Shown: in pieces, positions 49,152-62,764 of the stretch | Layout: every line of letters begins with the position of its first letter | Position numbering within the stretch: the first letter of the stretch is position 1 | NCBI GenBank assembly: GCA_964016885.1 | Contig: OZ024741.1 | Span: forward strand, 123,256,001-123,320,000 | Source: Eledone cirrhosa | Lineage: Eukaryota | Length of the DNA: 64,000 bases | Direction of reading: 5' to 3' | Made by a program: the position numbers and the translations under genes | Notes under the pieces: generated by a model | What the model was told of the DNA's origin: nothing | Database searches by the model: none | Seen by the model: the letters and a program-made list of their open reading frames with translations, nothing else

Positions 49152-50824
49152 ATAACTTGGAAATATCAATTTAAATATCGCTAAATGTCTATGTATATAT
49201 GAATATCCACAATCACCTTCAAATTTAGGAGGTATTTATTTATACATTTTGATAGGTTGTGTTACAAATATCAGCTTAATGAAATAATTATTAAACTTAG
49301 AAAATCGCTCCACATTCTTCATTAATGATTTGAAATACAGTGTATTTCATTTCCATTAAGAATATGGTCACGATTAGGCTAATGAATTCAAACTATTGAA
49401 GTACATTTTTAGAAAAATAAATTAACACTTTTACACTATCTATGACTATAATATTTGAAAATATTCAAGAATTTTGAGAGATTTAGTAATATGCCAAACC
49501 TTCTCATTATTAAGCTAACAGAACTTAATAAAGGTATAAAATATAATTGTAATATGAAATATAGATAAACAAATACATATTAAATTAAAGAGTTTTATAT
49601 AGGAGATGTAAGAGCTGTTTCAGGAAGTTTGGTATTAAAAGTGAAAAACATTTAACAGCTTTTAACCGTTAATTGTAATTAACCCTGGAGTCTCTCTGTG
49701 TACGTAGCATGGACGAATGATTAAAAAATTCACTTTCCGAAAATTAGACCCCTCGTTCGATCCCACAGCATGGCTTATAGACATGTGGCATTTACCATAG
49801 CCTCGGGTTTGTGATTTAAATTGGGTAGATGGTTTCACTGTATCTATAATTTAAAGGGCCAGCCTTGTCACACAGTGTCGCATTGAAAACCCCCCAAAGT
49901 ATTAAGTTAAGTGTACACATGTCTCTAAAATGCTTAGTCACTTAAATATTAATTTCATGAAAATGCAGTTCCATAAATCAAACAAATTGAACTAGTATCA
50001 TTAAAACGGACAGAGGTCCATCGGTCGGTTTCTGTGAAGAACCAATGATAAAGCGCTAATCTTGTTAAGTTGTTAAGCCAGTAAATTAGCCATATATCGT
50101 TGAAATAGCGTCCTACCGTGATGAGTGATAAAACTGCACATTAAACAATGTAGTCATACATAGAGCCTTTCACAATAGTAAGAGTGAATTGTTATAGGTG
50201 GAAGGAATCTTTAATTTTCAGTCTTTCCTATCGGAGATGAATTAATGTTAAACAATAAAATCTATCAGATATTCATTAATTTAACTAATAACTTGAATGA
50301 ATTCAATCCCTGAAGAAGAGATCAGAGGACGTTGGATGCTTCAATGAGAGGAAAAGAAAGGAAAGAGCTAGGAGTGTTAAGCAACGAAAGAAAGTGAGAA
50401 GGAGTGAAGTTGACATACTGTACACATAATTCAGTTTCGGCTGCACACCTCGGACAACATGGCAAAGGCATTGCCGAGGTACAATGGCCAGCAAAACCCG
50501 CTGTAACAGTCACCTGCAACAGCGTTTAGGCTCCATCTCATTATGTGGTTCAGAGAGCAATGTCGAGGGAAATGCTTTCTCCGCTACGAAGTAATTTTAC
50601 TATGACTCGTCTTCAATTACTAAGCAATCAATTATTCCGTAGTTCGTTTACAGTGCGGGTGTAAGGAATCTACGATGATTTTACATTTAATGTGTTTTCG
50701 TATTTCTTTCCCGAAGCAACCACGGCAATAATGATGAACGTCATTGTACTTAGAATACGGTTTATTACAAATATGAGGGTATACATAAAACATTGAAAGG
50801 AACTAAGTATCCTGCAACCGTTTT

Positions 50825-50865
<41 letters not shown>

Positions 50866-50947
50866 ATTCAGTGAGAATCGCATTTCGGCGGTTAGAAAAA
50901 GCGAAATGGAACGCAATATATATATATATATAAACTGGAAATTGATT

Positions 50948-50992
<45 letters not shown>

Positions 50993-52631
50993 AACATGTG
51001 AAACAATCACAGGGAATAACTTCGTAGGTAACTAATTAAAGTTTAACTAGAACTTCAAATATAGATACCTTTTAAAATGATTAATCTCCTTTGTATATAT
51101 CTCATGAAATAAAGAAGTATATTTCACCATCAATCGGTAAATCACAGTAGTCAAATTCAGGATTTTCACCAAAGGAGGAGATTTAACTATCTGTGTTTCC
51201 ACACCAAATACAAATCTGTGAATGAGTCGTAGCACGTGTTGCATTTTTTTAAAATACACACATCGTACCAGCGTTATCCCAGTTGCGTGAATAGCATTAT
51301 CGACTGTAGAGACCAGTCGTATTGCAGAAATACCACTGTATGTATCACGTATGAATAAATGTCAGTTATATGTATGGAAAATAACGTTTTGAAATCGATA
51401 TATTGGGAGATGCACCGGAAAAAATGTTTCCAACATTGAAATTTATCATTCTGTACATAAAATTAGTGAATAATAAAAATGACCAAGGAGAATCTGATAA
51501 TTAACATATATAACCCAGGTTTTATAGGCGGCGAATTAGCCGAGTCGTTAGACCGTCGGAGAGAATGCTATGCAGTATTCTTTCCAGTTTTCTGTTCTCA
51601 CGGGTCAAATTTGCATTCATTCATTCGAGGCCGATAAAGAAAGTGCTAGTCTAGTACTGGGATCGATTCATCTTCTGTATCTCTTTCATCTTTTCTCTCC
51701 TTCTATCGAAGAAATCTGCTGTATTCAGACCTGGAGAAGAGATGGGCTCTGCAACGTTTTAAAACATGCCTTAGAACCTTTGTTTAGTCACTACGGTACC
51801 TCTCTCATTTCATCTAGTGTTACGGCTCCATATATATATTATATTATATTATTTTGTGATAATAATTTACTCTATTTTCTTTATTTTTGTTTGCTGGTCG
51901 TGAGAGTTTGAAGAAGTTTACTTGATTTTATTTTGAATCTAACATTTAATTTGCTATCTCAGAAATAATTGGTTTCAACAATCACTAGAGTTTATAAAAT
52001 TAACTTATAGTTTTAAATTACAACCTCGAAAATACAATTCAATTAAAAACAAAACATTTTCTTCATGATTTCATTAGGAACAAATCATTTTATTATTTAA
52101 TCATACATCATATATAATTCAATCTTCTGTATGTATCCCCCCAGGTGGTTTAATATTTTCTATTATTATTTCTCATATATTCATTGTTTCTCAGCAGGAG
52201 TAAAGTCTGCTTGCATTACAAATAAAGAGTAGAGGAGCGCTGAGATATCTTGTGGAAATTATCGTGCATCGTTGACGAGGATAATTATTTTTCTACTCAG
52301 GAACATAATTACCAGCCACTATACGATAGTAGAATCACAATGCTTTTAATCACTTCTGCTACGATGCTTCGAATTCATATATTATGCTATATTGACAACT
52401 GAAGCTATGTGTTTTTGTTAATGTTAGGTCATTCATTTTCTAATTCTATCAAATGGATTGGAAATCAAATTAAAATTTTCCTGTATATTAAAGGTTACAG
52501 AGTTCAACACAGGTAGCATGTTCTTGTCCTTCAAAAAGTTGTTTTATTTTAGGTGGCTAGCCATTTCCCATACTCTGTCACAATGAATCTCCCCGAAAAT
52601 TACATTAAATATGCACGTGTTTTTCGGGGAG

Positions 52632-52635
<4 letters not shown>

Positions 52636-52720
<85 letters not shown>

Positions 52721-52735
52721 TACACACACACACAC
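52636..52735. repeat. (CA)n microsatellite
   Basis: Seen directly; similar CA, TA and CT tracts occur at 8835, 33424, 33725, 40095, 42550, 43118, 47434, 57719, 57984 and 61573. Confidence 0.95.
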
Positions 52736-52944
52736 CATACACCTCCTATACACATCATATCCCCCCACATATATGATTCACCGAATGGGACACATGGCGC
52801 TAGGAAAATGATATATAACAACTTCTTTCGCATCAAAATGTATTACCACACTCAGGCCTATACAGCGTTTTCTATATCTTAAATTCCTTTAAATAATTGA
52901 TTTTGCTTCTCACATTTTAAACAGTCCTAAATATGATCCACTCT

Positions 52945-55900
52945 TTGTCGTGGTGTGATGGTATGTGTATCTCAATGACTATAAGACAGCGAGAGCGTAA
53001 GCTTCTCGTAGGACCACCGATTCTGAACAAGTTGAAGGGTAGCGGTCAGACTAATGTCGACTACCTCACCTTACCTAGGGTCTAAATAGGTGTATATGAA
53101 GTTAACAACCAAACCAGACCTGTGAAAAATTCATGTTACAGAAAAATTGACGACAACAGGGTGAATCATTCACTGGGAAGAGAAAGGGTCTCCATCCGGG
53201 AGACGCAGTGCAGTGAAATCCGAGGGGAGACTGCGAGGCCGACCCCCATTCTGATACCCAGGGCAATAACAAAACTTGCTACATGGAATATCAGGTCGAT
53301 GTATAAACTTGGAAAGACCATTCAAATGGCGAACGAGATGAAGTACTACAAGGTAGGATTAATAGGACTGAGTGAGACAATGCGTTTACAGGTAGGATAG
53401 CTGATACATTCATCCGGAGAACAGTTACTGTATTCAGGACATACATAGGATAGAGCACATCATATTGAAGGTGTCACCCTGATGTTGGCGCCGGAGACAT
53501 AGCGAGCACTCATAGGATGGGAATATATCAACTACCATATCATCACAGCGAAGTCCGCTACCAAGTTAAATATCATCCAGGGTTATACCCTCACCAATGA
53601 TACGGAAGAAGGAAAGAAAGATGATTTTTAACAACAGCTGCAAAGAGTGAGACAACAGAGGAACAAAGGACATGACGATACTGATAGGAGATTTCAACGC
53701 CAAGATAGGACAGGGCAACACAGGTTATAAGGACATCAGGGGGACACATGGACTGAGGCAGATAAACGAGAACGGAGTTCGCTTTGATGGCATGTGCACC
53801 CCGAACAAACAGGTAATAGGAGGAAGCATCTTCCCACCCAAACACATTATCTAAGCTACATGGAGATCCGCAGACCATGTCACGGAGAACCAGATTGATC
53901 ACATCTGTATCCACCGGAGGTTCAGAGTATCATGGCGGGATGTACGAGTGATGAGAGGTGCCGAGATGCCATCAGGATCACTATCTTCTTCTGACATCAG
54001 TGAAACAACATCGGCTCAAAATATCTACCAATATAAGCTACACACGAACAAGATACAACGTTCGACTGATCAAGAATAAAGAAGCACAGTCACTTTTTCG
54101 GTATAAGACTATCAATTAGGTACCAGCGTCTACACGCGCTAATAGAAGATAGTGGGACTGACATTGACATACAGTAGCAACATACCAGGAAACTCTGACA
54201 TGACATATGAGAAGAGGTTCTTGGCATGAAGAAGACACCATCCAAATATTGCAAGCAAGGAAAGAGGGGAAAGCCACCCTGATAAGTGCCGAATAAGGGA
54301 AGCCCAGGCAGAAGTACTGGAAGTGTACAAACTGGCTGAGAAGGAAGCGAAGAGTAACCTCAAGAAAGACAAAAGAGACTATATAGACAGCCTGGCCAGT
54401 CAAGCAGATACAGCAGCAGGGAAGAGGAACCTGAACGACCTGTAACAAGTGACCAAAAATCGAGCAGACAAATTGGAGCGGACAGAAAAACCAGTGAAAG
54501 AGAAGAATGGGAACGCAATGACTACAACTGAGGAACAACTGAAACGATGAGCAGAGCATATCAGGGAGCTGGTAAGCCATACCACCCCTAAAGTACTACC
54601 AGATATCCCAACACTAGAGGCTCAACTACCCATCAACTTTAACAAACCCTCAAAAGTAGTGATCAAGAAAACCACCCCTACACTGAAAAATGAGAAAGCT
54701 ACAGGGTCGGACGAAATACCAGCAGAAGGATTCATAAAGGCAGACATAGAGACAGCTGTCAACATGCTACACAGCATCTTCGGTAACATCTTGGAGAAGG
54801 AAGATGTTCCGACCCGGTGGAAGGAAGCAATCACCATCAAACTACCGAAGAAGTGTGATTTGAGGAACTGCAGCAACTACTGTGAATTCCGAGAAAGGTT
54901 CTCTACTGCGGAGGATAAGCAAAGCAGTCGACCCCATGCTACGGGATTAGCAGGTGGGATCTGCAGGAACAGATCCTGTGCTGATCAGATCACCAGCCTA
55001 CGCAGACAACGAGAAAGTGTTCGACAGTGTGGAGAGAGAGACACTGTGGGAGCTGCTGATACACTAGCGAATGCCTGGGAAAATGATTTACGTCATCCGG
55101 TGCACTTACCAAGACATGAGCTGTATGATCACCACGCCGGCCAACTGCCAGAGAGTCTCGAGGTGAAGACCGGAGTTTGTCAGGGGTGCTTGCTATCACC
55201 GTTACTCATCCTCCAGGTTATTGACTGGATAATGAAAATCACTACAACAGACAGGAACAATGGTATACAGTTGACAAACTGGACACACCTGAATGACCTC
55301 CATTGTGCTGATGACCTAGCACTCATGGCACACATTTATGACCAGATACGGGACAAGATCTCACTCTTGGAGACCATATCAGGGGAGATATATCTCAAGA
55401 TAAACATGAAAAACGTGAGGTGATGAAGATCAATACCACTGCTAACGCACCAGTTACAGTCGGTGGAGAACCCATAGGAGAGGTGGAGCAATATATCTAC
55501 CTGGAAACTTAGGGTGATCGACAAGGGGGAACCGATCGAGTCGGCACAACCAGGATTGACAAGGCAAGAGCAGTTTTCATCATGCTAAAGAACGTCTGGA
55601 CATCAAAAGAGATCTGCCCAAGAACTAAACGTCACATCTTCAACTCCAACATGAACGCAGTACTGCTGTACGGACGTGAAACTTGGAGGACATCAAAGAA
55701 GTTTCAGACATTCTTCAACAACTGTCTGGAGCACATTTACAATATCAAATGCCCGAAGATGATAAGAAATGAGAAATGAATATCTATGGGACTGAGTGGG
55801 ACAGGAACCAGTGGCAAAGCAGTTTCTGTGGAATAAGTGAAGCTGAATTGAACATATTCTCAGAAATGCAGCATCCAACATCATACGCCAAGCCCTGACC

Positions 55901-55945
55901 TGGAACCCACAGGATAAGAGGAAGAGAGGCTGGTTTAAAACAACC
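52945..55945 (+). mobile_element. Near full-length, heavily decayed RTE-clade LINE (APE + RT)
   Basis: KLATWNIRSM..LIGLSET, GDFNAKIG, ENQIDHICI, KATGSDEIPAE, GVCQGCLLSPLL, CADDLAL, ALTWNPQDKRKRG; many stops and frameshifts. Confidence 0.88.
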
Positions 55946-57707
55946 ATATATAGGGTTCTTTTAATGAGGGCCAATTCGACCAGGTCTTTGTGTTAAGAAT
56001 AGTCTTGCTCAGATGTATCTTTGTAAAAGTATGTAATACTCCTGAATTATTGCACAATTTACAGGAATGCACCTAAAACAATATATAAAAGAAATTTATT
56101 TCATGTTGAAAAATTCTACCTCGTACATATCCTATAATGTGGACATTAATGTGTGAATTCGTTTTAGAGCCAAAGGCTTGAGCAGATCAGTGATTAGAAA
56201 AGTCTGACTATGTTTTGTTTTCTGTAAATGTTGATACTAGTTGTACGTAATGGATAACATGCAACATTCTGTCTCAGGTGAAACTCATCTCATATCAAGG
56301 TTTCACTGCTAATATCACTGGTATCTCTTTCGCAGCTATGCAAATACGACTGTAAGCAAATCTGACACACAATGATATATTAAAATAACTATTCTTTAAA
56401 GATGATGAATTTCGTTTCACATCATACTACTTAATTTTGTCTCCGTGCGTATATTAAGAAAATACTGCGATCACTCACCGAGAAACTAATTTTATATTTC
56501 TGATCGGTGTTATTATATTAACACCTATTGATTTCATGTACATATTATCCAAATATAAGCTCAGCTTCATAGACAATATAGTCTAGGCATGTATTTTCAC
56601 CCTCTTGGTGAATGGGTATTCAAATAGATCATTCATCTACCATTTCTTTTCATATGTTAGTAATGAAAAGTAAATGCAAATGATAATAATATAAGCACAT
56701 ATAAAAAACAAATACTCACATGAGACGATAATAGGAATATAGATGTTATCAAAGATGAATTGTAATTTTATCATAAATAAAATTCGTCGTGTGATGCATA
56801 GTTTGCATCTGCAGGCTATTGAATATATGTCTGAAGTGTGTTTAGTTTATGAATAAATTCCATTACTATTCATTTATATTTGAAATAAACAAAATCTCTT
56901 TGTTTTATGTTCTCAGTCCCCTCTAATCTTCTACGATCGATTGATTTGAAAAGACAGTTTTGGTTTCGGGGAAAATGTGTTACTGCTGATAGTAATTGAA
57001 ATTATAGCTTTCTTGAAGCTACCAACTGGCTAAACTTCTGCAGAAGAGAATCATGTGATACAGATATGTTGATAAAGCAAATGCCAGCCACATTTCAGAT
57101 AATTGTCACCAACTTAATTCTCAGATTTGAGGGATTTATTGGAAATGTTTGATGAGAAAGCATGGCCAGATTAGCAGAACTATTCTTCTAAGCCGACAGA
57201 GATAATTAAAGGAGTTATCACAAAATTCATACATTCACCAGGAATGTCATTTCTCAGGAAATAATAAATTTGTAGGGAAATTATTTGTGAATTGACGAAC
57301 ACACAAGTAAAGGCTGAGGTCTAGATATAGCAGCAGCCAAACGACAACACCCGGAATATAAAGGCGGTAGTCTTAATCTCGTTTAAATATCATTTCAGAT
57401 CACTACATTGAAAGAAACATTATTCACGGATATTTGTTATTAACAGTTCGTAATGATCCGAAAAAAATCAGTAACGAGACTTACGGGAGAAATCATATAT
57501 ACGCAGAATTCATTTTGAGAAGGTTCAACATTTGTAGAGTTGTTAGGGTATTTGATTAAATACCTCGGTACTTATTCTGACTTACTGTGCATTGATTTGA
57601 AATACAGTCGAGCCTTTCATCTTATCATGTCCAATATATATAGTACCATTCCAGTACGAGGGTGGATTCACCCCCCCCTCTCTCTCTATATATATATAAT
57701 AATATAT

Positions 57708-57793
<86 letters not shown>

Positions 57794-57872
57794 CGAATGG
57801 AGTGTGGTAAGGAACCACATGGACCATAACGCACCAAAGTACTCAATACTTAGAGTAGTAGAGTGGGTAATA

Positions 57873-57981
57873 GGAACAATAGGACCCCGACGGCTGAGCT
57901 CAAGCCGTTTCGACGGCTAATTCTGGACCCAGAATTAGCCGTCGAAACGGTTTGAGCACAGCCGTTGGGATCCTACTTGTT

Positions 57982-57983
<2 letters not shown>
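57873..57983. repeat. GC-rich ~110-bp hairpin between two (TA)n tracts
   Basis: gacggctgagctcaagccgtttcgacggctaattctgg-ac-ccagaattagccgtcgaaacggtttgagcacagccgtt. Confidence 0.8.
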
Positions 57984-58059
<76 letters not shown>

Positions 58060-58061
<2 letters not shown>

Positions 58062-60601
58062 AAAATTGAACGGGAACAAAACAGAGAGGCAGTACAAACA
58101 AAGGTTTATTAATGTGTAAATATGTGGTGGTACGCACGTGTGTGTGTGGTGTTTATGCGTGTTGTGGATGTAGGTGGCCTGTGAGAAAAAAAAATGTTTT
58201 TGGTTGTGTGTGTGGGGTGAGTCATAAAGGTAATTCCGTAAAAAGATGTGGTGGAATGCTGAGTAAAATCCTGGGATGCGGTGGATTCTCGGGATCAAGG
58301 TTCACATATGTGTAATCGGTGAAGAGATTGGTCGGAAGAGGGGAGATGTGGGGTGCGAGCGCAACAGGAAGTGGTCAGAGTGTCAAGGCAGGAGGAGTGT
58401 TGTGTGTCTGTGTGTGCGGGGAGGTGGTCAGAGGGCATAGCAGCAGTAGGGTAGAATGGTAAGTGAAGGTGTGTTGTGTGTGCGGTGGACAGGGGAGGGG
58501 ATGGGTAGGTGTGAAATTTGGAGTAGGGAGGGGGTGTATTAGTAGAGGTGTTAGTGGGATGAGTGAGTGTTTGAGAAAGGGTGTGGGTGGAGAGGGGAGA
58601 GAAGGGTGTGGGGACCGATTGAGGGAGTGTAGTGTACTGGTGTGTGTGTGTGGTGAAAGGGGTGTTAGTGGGTGTTAGTATACAGGAGGTGGAGAAAGGG
58701 TTGAATGCGGGTGTGAGTGGGGGTCAGTGGTGGTAGGGTGTGTAGAGTGGGTGGTGTAAGAGTGTGTGTGTGTACGTGTGCGTAAGGTTGGGGGGTGTTA
58801 GTGATGTTAGTTACGTGTAGGGTGGGTGGTGTAAGTGGGTGTGTGTGTTCGTGTGCTCGGGGTCAGAGGGTGTTAGTGATGTTAGTTGCGGGGTGGTGGG
58901 GTGGATATGTGGGGGTGAGAGTTAGTGGTGGTAGTAGGGTGTGTGTTTAGTGTGAGCGCGTGTATATATGTACCAGTGGGTGTGTGCGTGTGATAAGGAG
59001 GTGGAGGAGAAGAAGGGAGGGATGTTAGTATGTTAGTTGGGGAAGAGTGGTCGGGTGTGGGGTGGAGGTGTTAGTATGTGGGGCGGGCGGTGAAAAGGAG
59101 GGGTGTGTTAGTGGTGTTAGTGGGGGATATATGTGGGGGGAGGGGGGCGGTCGAAGGCTAAAGGAATAAGGGTTGGGAATTCAGGCCGGGGAGAGTGTGG
59201 GTCGGTAAGATGAAGATGGTTCGTTGTTCGACTCTTAGGAGATTGGCGGGTGTTCCGTGGCATTGGAGTAGGCAACAGACTGTGAGATGGTGTGCGGAAT
59301 GTCCAGGGGCACCAAAGTGGCGGGCGATGGGGGAACTACCACCGAGTCGAATATCCCAGAGGTGCTCAGTAAATCTGTCCGCCAGGCGGCGTCCAGTCTG
59401 TCCGAAATCCGTAGACTATGTTGGAGGAGGTGCAGCGGAAGGCATGCCGGACAGAGACAGGGTGGCCGTTGGGACACTGGAAGGAGGTGGTGTTGGTGAT
59501 GTGGGGACAGGTGTTGCAGCGGGGCCTAGAACAGGGTAAGGAACCGGGGGGGGGGGACATAGCGTGGGTTGGGGGTAGGGAGCTGTGAAAGAGGAGGGTG
59601 CGGATATTGCGTGCGCGGTTGAAGGAGGGGAGTGGTGGGGCTGGGAAGATGTGGGAGGTGGAGGGGTCGGACTGGAAGCGTCGGAAGAGGTGGAGGATGG
59701 TGCAGTGGAGGGGTATGGTGGAGGGGTGGTAGGTGATGGGGAAGGGGAGACGGTGGGTGGGTGTGCGGTGGCGTGGGGTGAGGGTGGTGGAGCGGTGGAC
59801 AGCACGGCCGCGGGTGAGAGCGGTGTGGACGAGAGAGAGAGGGGGGGGGGGTTAACCTCTGCGGATGAAATGGCTGACTAGGGAAAGGGCCTGGGACTCA
59901 AAGTCGGCCTCTCGGCTACACGCGCGGCGGATCCTGAGGAGTTGGGAGTAGGGAATAGAGTGTTTAGTATGTGTGGGGTGGGAAGAGGTGAAGTTGAGGT
60001 AGGAGTGGGAGTCGGTGGGTTTGAAGAAGGCGGAGGTGACGAGGGAGTGGTGGGAGGGGTCGAAGGCGACGGAGATGTCTAAGAAGTGGACGTGGGTGGT
60101 GGAGATAGAGGTGGTGAAGTGGAGGGAGGGGTGGAAGGAGCAGAAGAAGGAGAGAAAGGAGTCGAGCTGTTCTCGGGTGAGGATCGTGGCTCCGATACAG
60201 TCGTCGATGTAACAACCGTACAGTTCGGGCGTGGGGCCGGTGTACTGGGCAAAGATTTGGGCCTCAACATGGCCAACAAAAAGGTTGGCATAGTTTGGGC
60301 CCATTCTTGTACCCATGGCTACCCCCGTGACCTGTTGGTAAAACTTCACCGAGAAGGAGAAACAGTTGAGGGTGAAGACCAGCTCGGCGAGGCGAAGGAG
60401 GGTGGTGGTGGAGGGAATGGGGGAGGGGCGAAGGTCGAGGTAGTGTTTGAGGGCGCGTAGGCCGTCGGCGTGGGGGGTGACGGTATAGAGGGACTTGATG
60501 TCTAGGGTGAAGAGGAAGGGCTGATGGCCGGGTGGGTAGGTGAAGGAGTCGAAAAGGCGCAGGGCGTGGTTGGTGTCGGAGATGTGGGAGGGGAGGGTAT
60601 T
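58060..60601 (-). mobile_element. 5'-truncated Neptune-like Penelope element (RT + GIY-YIG + CA-rich 3'UTR)
   Basis: LDIKSLYT, QVTGVAMGTRMGPNYANLFV, YIDD, FLDI, KPTDSHSYL..SSHP, IPYSQLLRIRRACS; then PCSRPRCNTCPH..FRCTSSNIVY and RRLADRFTEH; ends at (TA)n. Confidence 0.88.
59852..60600 (-). pseudogene. Neptune-like PLE reverse transcriptase fragment
   Basis: ORF 59852-60703 minus its N-terminal ~34 codons, which read through an unrelated pLTR. Confidence 0.85.
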
Positions 60602-60984
60602 GACACACTCTGTGACCTCTTCAGTGACTGGGGATTCCTTTCTTTGTTTCTGTGCCTCTCCTTTGTTCTGTCCTACGCCATTTTGAGAACAAAGGAGAGG
60701 CACAGAAACAAAGAAAGGAATCCCCAGTCACTGAAGAGGTCACAGAGTGTGTGACGAAAGAACTATGACAATATATAAACAACTATCTGGTTGTGGAACC
60801 AACCAACCAACCAGAAATTTTATAAATTTATAAATTTATTATAAATTTATTATAATAATAAATTGAAGTGAAAGCAACTGGTGCGTCTGTTTCTTATTGG
60901 CAACATGACCCTCCCAAAGTATAACAATATCGGTTTCAACACACGATTTCAGATAAAGAATCTTGCTAAACAAATTCAGAAACG
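60602..60984. mobile_element. Fold-back pLTR derivative (37-39.6 kb family), left arm truncated by the Neptune-like fragment
   Basis: 60602-60669 is the reverse complement of 60686-60753; the right arm continues to the family terminus aattcagaaacg and (TA)n. Confidence 0.8.
60727..60769 (+). ncRNA. Minimal type I hammerhead ribozyme with intact core
   Basis: gtca-CTGAAGA-g-gtcaca-gagtg-tgtgac-GAAA-gaac-TA-tgac. Confidence 0.8.
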
Positions 60985-61019
<35 letters not shown>

Positions 61020-61565
61020 TATATATGTGTGTGTGTATGTGTGTGTGTTTTGTCTGTTTGTGTGTATGTGTGAGTATGTGCATCTGTACTTGTGTGTATA
61101 AATGCATGTTTGTATATATTCATGTATACATCAGATAACAGATCAAGTGAAAAAAAAAAGAAGTCCACAACACGTAGATCGAATTAGATTTAGATAGACG
61201 CACAACCAAGGTGAGTCGTTTCTTGCGGTATATATCGTTGACAAGAAATGAAGATGATAATAAGATTAAATGTTTGTTGGACTGAAGGGAATTTATTCCG
61301 AAAATCAAATTTAGTTCCTGAAAGTACACTAGCTGTAGCCTAGATATCACCTTAGTGTTGCTAGTTAAACAGAAACTGATCGAATAAACCTATTTAATAT
61401 TGGGAGACACCAGACGCTATACTTGCATCGAAGAGGAAATGAAGAAAAACGATAAAGAAAAGAATTAGCAGCCGACAACTGAAAATAAAATGCAATAAAT
61501 ACAACAGGAACAAGTGAGAAATAGGAACAACGAAGAAATTATATATATATATATACGAATATACT

Positions 61566-61647
<82 letters not shown>

Positions 61648-61737
61648 AATATATATATATATATTAATACATATATATATATATATATTGTTCCTTATAT
61701 ATATAACGAACAAGGGGATGTGTGGTTATTTCATAAA

Positions 61738-61780
<43 letters not shown>

Positions 61781-62556
61781 TGTGTGTATGTGTGTGTATT
61801 TTTGCATTTATATGAAGTTTGTTTGGTATTCTTTTTATAGAGTTAATTCCTTATATCAACGTAGAATTTCCCTTTATTAAATTATAGGAAAAAGGGAGAA
61901 CAGCTCAGTGATTTTTGTGCCAATATTTGATATAGGTGTAATTCATTTCCAATATGAAACAAAAACTAATGCCCTGGGAGATGGAGTATAGGAAATGAAT
62001 AGTTAAATCATAGCCATGTAGTAAAAGAGTTTACATTGAAACAAAATCTTTTAATGTTCGATCACAACCCATGTCACATTTAACATGTGCATTCTACGCT
62101 AGGCTCTGGGTGTTCTTTGCCCTATGAGTGAACTTTGACAAACGGTACACCACCTGAAATCTGTCATGAAAATATGCATTTGTCCATGTCTCATACGTTA
62201 GAGAAAGTTTACTTGCGTATAAAATTTTTTTTTAAATCACATCATTATATATTAAATTATAAATAGCATTTTATACATTTTAAAATAACAAGATCCATAT
62301 AATTATATTTCTTTAATATGATATTAATTCAGTTACTTAAACTGAATGTGAAATTTAATAATCTTTGAAACATTAATTTACCACTAGCTACTTAATTATA
62401 ATTCTAGTCTCATGTTTCAGTGTAGAATCTACTGTCATGAAAAGAAACATAACAATTTCTTGTAATTAGCGGCATATATAATTAACGCGCATACACACAC
62501 ACAGACACACAGACACACACAAATACGCACACATATATTAATTTTATTATTATTAT

Positions 62557-62731
62557 TGGCAGTATCGGTAGAGCGTCGAACAACATGCTTTGCAGCACAG
62601 TTACGCCCCTTTACGAACTGAGTTCAAATCCCGCCGCGGTTAACTTTGCCTTTCATCCTTATGGGGTCGATAAAATAAAGTTCCAGTAATACACTGGGAT
62701 AATTGCTGGCCTTGTGCCAAAAGTAGAAACA

Positions 62732-62764
<33 letters not shown>

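Noticed and set aside
48855-49184. Poly-Glu/Arg/Phe proteins
   Set aside because: These are translations of the (GAA)n tail. The YIYI, HTHT and CVCV ORFs elsewhere are likewise microsatellite artefacts.
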